Shown piece by piece: positions 39,039-47,200 of a DNA stretch of 64,000 nt. A model generated the notes under the pieces. That model did no database searches. It had not been told where the DNA came from and was given only the letters and a program-made list of their open reading frames with translations. The translations under genes and the position numbers were made by a program. How positions within the stretch are numbered: position 1 is the first letter of the stretch; the number at the start of each line of letters is the position of its first letter. This stretch comes from Auanema rhodensis (Eukaryota > Animalia > Nematoda): assembly GCA_964057225.1 (NCBI GenBank), contig OZ059895.1, positions 10,540,001 through 10,604,000 of the forward strand. The letters run 5' to 3'.

Positions 39039-42000
39039 TTGGTGAGTAAGCTGCGGGTTGAGAAAACGCAGTCCGTGCGCGTGTTGCATGAGGCAACGGC
39101 TCAGATGGAGCTACTTGAGAGCCGAGTAGCCACGCTTTCAGATGAAAACGCGCAACTCCAAGAGGAGACGCGTCGGTTAGCGCTAGAGCTGAAGGAGAAA
39201 GACGTAATAAGAGGTAGACGGGGTAGCCCAGAGTCGGCTACAACGAGCAGCACAGAGAGTGAAAGGACAGATCAGTTGTTCACAAGCCTCATGGCTCAGC
39301 TGAAAGAGTCTATGGAGAGGGCGTCAGTGACGCTGGAAGTGCAAGCAGTAAGGGCTAACGCCTTACCGGATCTAACAAAATTTAGGGGAGAGAGTCCAGC
39401 GGACTCACAGGTACTGGCTAAGCATATAGCAATTTTCAGAATGAAGTACCCACTCAGTGCGTTTAGTGAAGAGGAACGCTGCATTCTTTTCGAAGCCTCG
39501 CTCGAAGGCAAACCGTTGTCGGTGTTCCGGTCGGCTCCTGAAAGTACCTTGGAAGGTAAGCTAGTTTACCTAAAAGAGGCAATAAAAGGGCACGAAGGCG
39601 TGGCATTATGGAAGGCAGGGGAACAATTTGAGGCATTAAGAATGAAAGAGGGGCCGGGCAGAGTCAAACACTTCTGCTCGGAGATTGAAAGGCTGCACAA
39701 ACTGCTGTATCCGAAAATGACGGATGAGGACTCATCCTATTCGCTGACAACGCGCTTGTTTAAGGAAGTGAGAGACTGGCCCAACGCTGAAACAATGATA
39801 GCGAGGATAGCGGTCCTACCGAGGGCGCAATCCTATTCGGAACTAAAAGGTTGGGCACTCTTGCATACAAATCCGCGTTCTGGAGTCAGGCAGAGAGAGA
39901 GGAGACCTTGGCTACCACCAACGTCAGACGGGCCACCAGCTCAACCCCCGATGAAACAAGTAAAATGTTTCCAATGCAATGAGGTTGGACATGTAAAAAG
40001 AGCCTGCCCGAAGTTAAAAGTAGCAGCGGTGAGAGCCACAGTCTCAGAGAATAGCCAAGAGATCCCATTGAAGATAGGAGGGTCCTGGTTAGAAGAGGTC
40101 GCCCTGATGGAACAACGGATGAAGGCAGTGGTTGATAGCGGAGCACAGCTGACTATTCTCCCATCCTGGTTGCTCAAGACAGCTAACGCTAAGGAGTGGA
40201 TGAAGAACTATTCCGACACACCAACCATACAGTTGAGGTCGGTAGACCTTTCCACTTTGAAAGTAGAAAAGGTGGAAATCTGTCTGCGCCGCAGCAACAG
40301 GAAGGCGAGGGTATCGGTAGCTTTCATGGAGACCCCGCAAGCGATTCTGGGCTCTAATGCATTTGCCGCGCTGGGAATTCAGATGTGTCTGGAGGGAGAT
40401 CTCGCAAGGATCCAAGAGAGGTGCGTTATTCCTCCAGGCTGCTCTAAAATGGTCACAATTAGGGGCGCAGCTAAGCGCGCCCCATTTTTCAGTGAAGAGC
40501 CAGCAATACCAAGTACGGTAGGCGCACCGGCTGGTGAAACGCTGGAGATCCCTGTACACAATACAGGAATCGAACCGCTGTTATTTAAAAAATCCCAAGT
40601 AGTGGGATCATTCCTAGAGGAAGAGCCATCGGAGGATCTGGTGTGTCAGAGAGTTCAACTGTCCGATGAGGTTGAGTCGTCGGATACGACAGAACAGTTG
40701 AAAAAAATGGTTGAAACGGTCGATAGTTCGATCATAGACCAGGATAAGGTAAGAAGGTTGTTGAAGGATCATGAGTCCCTGTTCACGATGGGTGACAAGG
40801 ATTTACAGACGATGCTAGTACCTCCCGCTCCAATCGATACGGGAGACGCTGCTCCTATAGCACAGAGAGTGCGACCAGTCTCATTGGCAGTACAACGGGA
40901 GCTTGGAGCCATTTTAGACGATATGGAATCGTCAGGTATTACGGAGAGGTCGTCATCCAGTTGGGCGTCGCCACTAGTATTAGTGAGGAAACAAGACGGC
41001 TCACTGAGGGTTTGTGTAGATTATAGGGCATTAATTAAGGTACTAAGAAAGGACAAGTATCCTTTACCCAACGCCGAGTTAACATTACAGAGATTGGCGG
41101 GATTCTCTGTATTTAGCAGCATTGACTGTTTCCAGGGATTCTTCCAGATTCCGCTCGAACGATCAGCCAGGGAGAAGTCAGCGTTCGTAACGCACAAAGG
41201 ACTGTACCAATTTAAGAGGCTGCCCTTTGGACTTAGCAACAGTCCCTCGGTTTTTCAACGCTCCATGGACTTTATATTAAGTCATAGTAAGCTATGGGGT
41301 AAAGAGGTACACACATATGTCGACGATGTCATCATTAGCACGACAACAGTGGAGAGACATGTGGAAGTTCTGGGTGAAGTTTTTCAACTCTTCAAACGCT
41401 TTAGGGTATCACTAAAGCCAACCAAATGTAAATTGTTCAAAACAGAACTTAGATTTTTAGGGCATATAGTATCGGTTAAGGGTTTACGCACTGATCCTGA
41501 AAAAGTAAGAGCCATAACGGAGTACCCGGTACCCGCAAATCTTGCGGACCTCCGCACATTTTTAGGCATGATATCTTACCACCGGCGTTTTATACTGCAC
41601 TTTGCAGTAATCTCAAAGCCATTATATGCACTTACATCAACAAAAAAGGAGTGGGATTTTAATGGGGAATGCTTACAGGCATTCAATGAGTTGAAACGGA
41701 AGATGAGCTCAACACCCGTGTTACATCAACCTGACATTGAAGGAGCAAGAGATGGCTCCCGACCGATGATTCTATATACGGACGCAAGTTTGAAAGGTAC
41801 GGGCGCGGTGCTTACGCAAAAGCAGCAAGATGAGCTGTATCACCCGATTGCGTTTACATCGAGAGGATTGACGGAACACGAGGTAAGATATGCTATAACC
41901 GACCTTGAGGCATTAGCAATAGTTCATGCCTGTGAAAGGTTTCATGGATTTATATATGGCGTGCGTGTAATAGTAAGGACGGACCATTTACCTTTACTTA

Positions 42001-43517
42001 GCTTGTTTGCAAATAGTCAGACCTCGAATCGGGTTCTACGATGGGCCATTAAACTACGAACTTACGATTTGCAGATCGAGTATATAAAAGGACCGGCTAA
42101 TAGAGTAGCCGACGGCCTTAGCAGAGGGCCAGTTAACTGTAGGGAACAAATTCCCGAAAAAGAATTTAGATTTACAGAAGAAGTTGTAATTGGAAGAGTT
42201 CGTTTGGAACAAGAAGAGCAGGATGAATGGGTCTCAGCTTTGAGAGCAGACTCAGATTTTTCAACACTTCTTGAAAGGATGGACGAACCAAAAGAAACAG
42301 TTATCAGGTTAGGGGGAAAACGATTCCAACTAAAAGAATTTGTGGTAAGGCATGAGAAATTATACCACGTAACACCGAATGGTAAGGAACTTTTAGTTGT
42401 ACCAGTATCACAACGCGAAAAGTTAATAGCGGATACCCATGGAGGCATATGGGCGGGTCATCTAGGACCAGATAAGTTGTTGAAACAGTTGAGGGAAAAA
42501 TATTTTTGGTTAGGGATGGGCCCAGATATTATTGGATGGCATAAAAAATGCTTATCATGCTATTTAAACAATTACAAATCTCCAAATGTTCCACCTTTGA
42601 ACCCTATTTTGGTAACAAAACCATTTGACACGGTAGGAATGGATATAGTAGAGTTAAGAGTGTCTAGGAGGGGCAATCGATATGGTCTGGTGGTGGTCGA
42701 CTACTTCTCAAAATGGGCAGAGATTTATCCACTACCAAACAAATCAGCAGAACTCTGCGTTAAAACATTTTTAACAGGATGGATTGGATATGGGGCGCGA
42801 TTACCCACACGCATAATTTCTGATAACGGGTTAGAGTTTGACAATAAGTACTTCAAAGCTCTTTGTGATTTGCTACAAATAACATGGTGTCCGTCAAAGG
42901 CGTATAATCCCAGGGAAAATGGGTTGGCGGAAAGAACCCACCAGACAATTGTAGGGATGTTAAGAAAAAGCGATTGTGCTCGCTCAGACTGGGACACTAG
43001 ACTCCCACTTATTTTATATGGATATAATACAGCTGTGCATGAGAGAACAGGATTCTCACCTTATGAGTTGCTATATGGAACAACTCCTCGTTTATTTTCA
43101 GATTTTTTTTCCGAATCACATTTTCAGCTAATAGATTTGGACGCTTATCTATCAGAATTAAAAGAGGTTCTAAGTCGCTCTCACAAAGTTGCTATAGGTC
43201 ATGCACAAAAACAAGCAGAAATCATGAAATCTAGTTATGACGCGAAAAATAAAGTGTTGTCTTCGCATCACTTTAGGAAAGGCGAGGAAGTGTTCGTGAA
43301 AATATTGAACGAACTAGGTGCCCAAAGAAAACTAGGGCTTCCATATAAAGGGCCATTTACAGTAAAGGATGTGGCTAAAACATCAGTTCTTTTAGACTTA
43401 AATAAAAACCCTACTTGGGTACAGTCAGACTTGGTGGTTCCATCGAACGGTCAAAATGTGAACATCCCACAGAAATTAGCCCAGGGACGAAGGATTAGAG
43501 GGCGACCGAAGAAGTAG
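39039..43517 (+). CDS. Gag-Pol polyprotein (single frame, N-terminally truncated; first in-frame ATG at 39105)
   Basis: 1492 codons without stop or frameshift. Contains CX2CX4HX4C (39966-40007), protease VDSGA (DSG 40134-40142), RT WASPLVLV...DYR...LPFGL...YVDD (41316-41327), RNase H YTDAS/LEALA/TDH/ADGLSR, and integrase H-H-C-C with D,D(35)E-type core (GMDIV, ISDNG, GLAER) plus GPF. The listed start is a TTG, and the frame is open upstream to the satellite junction. Confidence 0.95.
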   Translation: MVSKLRVEKTQSVRVLHEATAQMELLESRVATLSDENAQLQEETRRLALELKEKDVIRGRRGSPESATTSSTESERTDQLFTSLMAQLKESMERASVTLEVQAVRANALPDLTKFRGESPADSQVLAKHIAIFRMKYPLSAFSEEERCILFEASLEGKPLSVFRSAPESTLEGKLVYLKEAIKGHEGVALWKAGEQFEALRMKEGPGRVKHFCSEIERLHKLLYPKMTDEDSSYSLTTRLFKEVRDWPNAETMIARIAVLPRAQSYSELKGWALLHTNPRSGVRQRERRPWLPPTSDGPPAQPPMKQVKCFQCNEVGHVKRACPKLKVAAVRATVSENSQEIPLKIGGSWLEEVALMEQRMKAVVDSGAQLTILPSWLLKTANAKEWMKNYSDTPTIQLRSVDLSTLKVEKVEICLRRSNRKARVSVAFMETPQAILGSNAFAALGIQMCLEGDLARIQERCVIPPGCSKMVTIRGAAKRAPFFSEEPAIPSTVGAPAGETLEIPVHNTGIEPLLFKKSQVVGSFLEEEPSEDLVCQRVQLSDEVESSDTTEQLKKMVETVDSSIIDQDKVRRLLKDHESLFTMGDKDLQTMLVPPAPIDTGDAAPIAQRVRPVSLAVQRELGAILDDMESSGITERSSSSWASPLVLVRKQDGSLRVCVDYRALIKVLRKDKYPLPNAELTLQRLAGFSVFSSIDCFQGFFQIPLERSAREKSAFVTHKGLYQFKRLPFGLSNSPSVFQRSMDFILSHSKLWGKEVHTYVDDVIISTTTVERHVEVLGEVFQLFKRFRVSLKPTKCKLFKTELRFLGHIVSVKGLRTDPEKVRAITEYPVPANLADLRTFLGMISYHRRFILHFAVISKPLYALTSTKKEWDFNGECLQAFNELKRKMSSTPVLHQPDIEGARDGSRPMILYTDASLKGTGAVLTQKQQDELYHPIAFTSRGLTEHEVRYAITDLEALAIVHACERFHGFIYGVRVIVRTDHLPLLSLFANSQTSNRVLRWAIKLRTYDLQIEYIKGPANRVADGLSRGPVNCREQIPEKEFRFTEEVVIGRVRLEQEEQDEWVSALRADSDFSTLLERMDEPKETVIRLGGKRFQLKEFVVRHEKLYHVTPNGKELLVVPVSQREKLIADTHGGIWAGHLGPDKLLKQLREKYFWLGMGPDIIGWHKKCLSCYLNNYKSPNVPPLNPILVTKPFDTVGMDIVELRVSRRGNRYGLVVVDYFSKWAEIYPLPNKSAELCVKTFLTGWIGYGARLPTRIISDNGLEFDNKYFKALCDLLQITWCPSKAYNPRENGLAERTHQTIVGMLRKSDCARSDWDTRLPLILYGYNTAVHERTGFSPYELLYGTTPRLFSDFFSESHFQLIDLDAYLSELKEVLSRSHKVAIGHAQKQAEIMKSSYDAKNKVLSSHHFRKGEEVFVKILNELGAQRKLGLPYKGPFTVKDVAKTSVLLDLNKNPTWVQSDLVVPSNGQNVNIPQKLAQGRRIRGRPKK
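39966..40007 (+). other. Gag nucleocapsid zinc knuckle (CCHC)
   Basis: CFQCNEVGHVKRAC = C-X2-C-X4-H-X4-C. Confidence 0.93.
40080..40400 (+). other. Retropepsin aspartic protease domain (approximate limits)
   Basis: AVVDSGAQLTIL active-site motif and downstream ILGSN motif. Confidence 0.85.
40833..42128 (+). other. Reverse transcriptase plus RNase H domains (approximate limits)
   Basis: IDTGDAAPI, SSWASPLVLVRKQDGSLRVCVDYR, SIDCFQGFFQI, LPFGLSNSPSVFQ, YVDD, KC, FLGH, then TDAS, E, TDH and ADGLSR. Confidence 0.95.
42330..43514 (+). other. Integrase (HHCC zinc domain, DDE core, GPY/F module, basic C-terminal tail)
   Basis: THGGIWAGH...CLSC, PFDTVGMD, VDYFSKW, ISDNGLEF, NGLAER, YNT..H..TGFSPYELLYG, YKGPF (43344-43358). 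No chromodomain: the protein stops about 50 aa after GPF. Confidence 0.92.
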
Positions 43518-43804
43518 AGTATATCCTAAGATTTTTTTTTCATTTCGTGTCGTTGTAATATAATCTTTGTGTTTGGATGGTATGAGTAACTTTGTTTTGT
43601 TGAAGAGCGAGAGGCTTTTGTCAAGTATGGCCAGCTATCACATAGAGGTGTAGCTTCACACTTGAGTATTACCCCATAAGTCAACAGGTTAGTCTAGGAT
43701 CTCCTGGACACTGTACGTCTTATTAGAGGTAATAGCTACTAGCATTTTCTTTTAATGTAGTCAAGCCAGCTCAAAGGGGCTTGAGCATTTTGTTCCCCCC
43801 GAGA

Positions 43805-44159
43805 TGTCACATAGTTATCATTCATACTGTAATACACATTGAGTTATAGTCTAGGAAATCTATAGTTATAGTTAAGACCTACTTTTTGATCTATAATAGT
43901 TAAGTGGTGCGTGAGACTTAACGAAGAATATAGTTCTTTTTGGTGTTGAATAAGACTTGTTGTCCTGGCTCGGACGTTCTATATTTTTATAGTGTTGAGT
44001 TTCTATCGACATTAGCTTTGGTAGCTATATCGATATAGTTAGTATATTTATTTCTGTTCGTCTTGTTGATTATTTGTTGTTTTAGTAAAGACTCTTTTTG
44101 TATTTTGGACTTAGTGATTAAAAGAAAGTGAACCTTTTGATATTCGTTACGCTTTCGCA
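43805..44159 (+). repeat. Probable 3' LTR (about 355 bp, TG...CA)
   Basis: Non-coding AT-rich segment after pol. It ends in CA exactly where satellite resumes. Candidate start TGTCAC at 43805, TATAA at 43892, ATTAAA at 44117-44122. The 3' end is fairly well supported; the 5' end is inferred because no second LTR is available for comparison. Confidence 0.6.
44117..44122 (+). promoter_or_regulatory. Candidate polyadenylation signal (ATTAAA) in the LTR
   Basis: Common variant hexamer 37 bp upstream of the element's 3' end. Position is plausible, but such motifs are frequent in AT-rich DNA. Confidence 0.35.
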
Positions 44160-44239
44160 TTTGATTTTTATGAAAAATTAAATATTCTAAAATTTTTATT
44201 TCTTGTCCTAGAAATACGTGCTACATCTCATTAAACTAA

Positions 44240-47200
44240 GAATTAGTTGATTGAAAAGGCAAAACAAATTTTGTTAGCACAGAACCATATTAATCATATT
44301 TTCCGGCGGGCTCAAGTTGCTATTTTGTTCGATTTTCATGAAAAAATAAAAATTTTAAAATGTTTATTTTTAGCCCTAGAAATACGTGCAACATCTTATT
44401 ATCTAAGAAAATTTGAAAATTAAATAATTGAAAAAGTAAAACAGATTTTGTTAGCACAGAAACATATTAATCATATTTTAAGGCGGGCTCAAGTTGCTAT
44501 TTTGTTCGATTTTCATGAAAAAATAAAAATTTTAAAATGTTTATTTTTAGCCCTAGAAATACGTGCAACATCTTACTCAACTCAAAATCAACTGTTTAAT
44601 AATATAATTTAGGTTTTGTGAGCATATATCCATAGCAATCATGTTTTGCGGCGGGTTCAACTTGCTATTTCGTTTGATTTTTATGAAAAACTAAATATTC
44701 TAAAAATTTTATTTCTTGTTCTAGAAATACGTGCTACATCTCATTAAACTAAGAATTAGTTGATTGAGGAGGCAAAACAAATTTTGTTAGCACAGAACCA
44801 TATTAATCATATTTTAAGGCGCGCTCAAGTTGCTATTTTGTTCGATTTTCATGAAAAAATAAAAATTTTAAAATGTTTATTTTTAGCCCTAGAAATACGT
44901 GCAACATCTTATTATCTAAGAGAATTTGAAAATTAAAAAATTGAAAAAGTAAAACAGATTTTGTTAGCACAGAAACATATTAATCATATTTTAAGGCGGG
45001 CTCAAGTTGCTATTTTGTTCGATTTTCATAAAAAAATAAAAATTTTAAAATGTTTATTTTTAGCCCTAGAAATACGTGCAACATCTTACTCAACTCAAAA
45101 TCAACTGTTTAATAATATAATTTAGGTTTTGTGAGCATATATCCATAGCAATCATGTTTTGCGGCGGGTTCAACTTGCTATTTCGTTTGATTTTTATGAA
45201 AAATTAAATATTCTAAAAATTTTATTTCTTGTCCTAGAAATACGTGCTACATCTCATTAAACTAAGAATTAGTTGATTGAGGAGGCAAAACAAATTTTGT
45301 TAGCACAGAACCATATTAATCATATTTTAAGGCGCGCTCAAGTTGCTATTTTGTTCGATTTTCATGAAAAAATAAAAATTTTAAAATGTTTATTTTTAGC
45401 CCTAGAAATACGTGCAACATCTTATTATCTAAGAGAATTTGAAAATTAAAAAATTGAAAAAGTAAAACAGATTTTGTTAGCACAGAAACATATTAATCAT
45501 ATTTTAAGGCGGGCTCAAGTTGCTATTTTGTTCGATTTTCATAAAAAAATAAAAATTTTAAAATGTTTATTTTTAGCCCTAGAAATACGTGCAACATCTT
45601 ACTCAACTCAAAATCAACTGTTTGATAATATAAACTAGGTTTTGTGAGCATATATCCATAGTAATCATGTTTTGCGGCGGGTTCAACTTGCTATTTCGTT
45701 TGATTTTTATGAAAAAAAATAATATTCTAAAAATTTTATTTCTTGTCCTAGAAATACGTGCTACATCTCATTAAACTAAGAATTAGTTGATTGAGGAGGC
45801 AAAACAAATTTTGTTAGCACAGAACCATATTAATCATATTTTCCGGCGGGCTCAAGTTGCTATTTTGTTCGATTTTCATGAAAAAATAAAAATTTTAAAA
45901 TGTTTATTTTTAGCCCTAGAAATACGTGCAACATCTTATTATCTAAGAAAATTTGAAAATTAAATAATTGAAAAAGTAAAACAGATTTTGTTAGCACAGA
46001 AACATATTAATCATATTTTAAGGCGGGCTCAAGTTGCTATTTTGTTCGATTTTCATGAAAAAATAAAAATTTTAAAATGTTTATTTTTAGCCCTAGAAAT
46101 ACGTGCAACATCTTATTATCTAAGAAAATTTGAAAATTAAATAATTGAAAAAGTAAAACAGATTTTGTAAGCATATATCCATAGTAATCATGTTTTGCGG
46201 CGGGCTCTACTTGCTATTTCGTTTGATTTTCATGAAAAATTAAATATTCTAAAAATTTTATTTCTTGTCCTAGAACTACGTGCTACATCTCATTAAACTG
46301 AGAATTAGTTGATTGAAGAAGCAAAACAAATTTTGTTAGCACAGAACCATATTAATCATATTTTACGGCGGGCTCAAGTTGCTATTTTGTTCGATTTTTA
46401 TGAAAAATTAAAAATTTTAAAATGTTTATTTTTAGCCCTAGAAATACGTGCAACACCTTATTAAACTCAAAATCGACTGTTTGATAATTTAAATTTGGTT
46501 TTGTAAGCATATATCCATAGTAATCATGTTTTGCGGCGGGCTCAACTTGCTATTTCGTTTGATTTTCATGAAAAATTAAATATTCTAAAAATTTTATTTT
46601 TTGTCCTAGAACTACGTGCTACATCTCATTAAACTAAGAATTAGTTGATTGAAGAAGCAAAACAAATTTTGTTAGCACAGAACCATATTAATCATATTTT
46701 ACGGCGGGCTCAAGTTGCTATTTTGTTCGATTTTTATGAAAAATTAAAAATTTTTAAATGTTTATTTTTAGCCCTAGAAATACGTGCAACATCTTATTAA
46801 ACTCAAAATCGACTGTTTGATATTTTAAATTTAGTTTCGTAAGCATATATCCATAGTAATCATGTTTTGCGGCGGGCTCTACTTGCTATTTCGTTTGATT
46901 TTCATGAAAAATTAAATATTCTAAAAATTTTATTTCTTGTCCTAGAACTACGTGCTACATCTCATTAAACTAAGAATTAGTTAATTAAAGAGCTAAAACA
47001 AATTTTGTTAGCACAGAACCATATTAATCATATTTTCCGGCGCGCTCAAATTGCTATTTTGTTCGATTTTTATGAAAAATTAAAAATTTTAAAATGTTTA
47101 TTTTTTAGCAATAGAAATACGTACATCATCTTATTCAACTCAAAATCGATTGTTTGATAATATAAATTAGGTTTTGTAAGCATATATCCATAGTAATCAT

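Larger units (their letters stand above)
39019..44159 (+). mobile_element. Ty3/Gypsy (Metaviridae) LTR retrotransposon, 5'-truncated, inserted in satellite; Cer-like (probably nematode)
   Basis: Abrupt switch from satellite (...TTGAAAAAG, 39018) to unique, more GC-rich sequence. Domain order gag-PR-RT-RH-IN is Ty3/Gypsy. The element ends ...TTCGCA at 44159 and satellite TTTGATTTTTATG resumes. The motif HQPDIEGARDGSRPMILYTDAS recalls nematode Cer elements; the clade assignment is from memory and less certain than the superfamily. Confidence 0.95.

Noticed and set aside
38902-42997. Minus-strand ORFs overlapping gag-pol
   Set aside because: Short antisense shadows of a long coding frame with no motifs; one runs into satellite.
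39039-43517. Prokaryotic RT system (retron, DGR, group II intron) or Bel/Pao/Copia element
   Set aside because: A single CCHC knuckle, retropepsin, RT-RNase H-integrase order and GPF module are diagnostic of Ty3/Gypsy.
43360-43804. Chromodomain or env-like gene after integrase
   Set aside because: Only about 50 aa follow GPF, with no chromodomain aromatic-cage pattern. The 3' region has no ORF in the supplied track and is too short for env.
39011-44165. Target-site duplication and paired LTRs
   Set aside because: The left flank (GAAAAAG) and right flank (TTTGAT) differ and lie in different monomer phases. No sequence at the left end matches 43805-44159.
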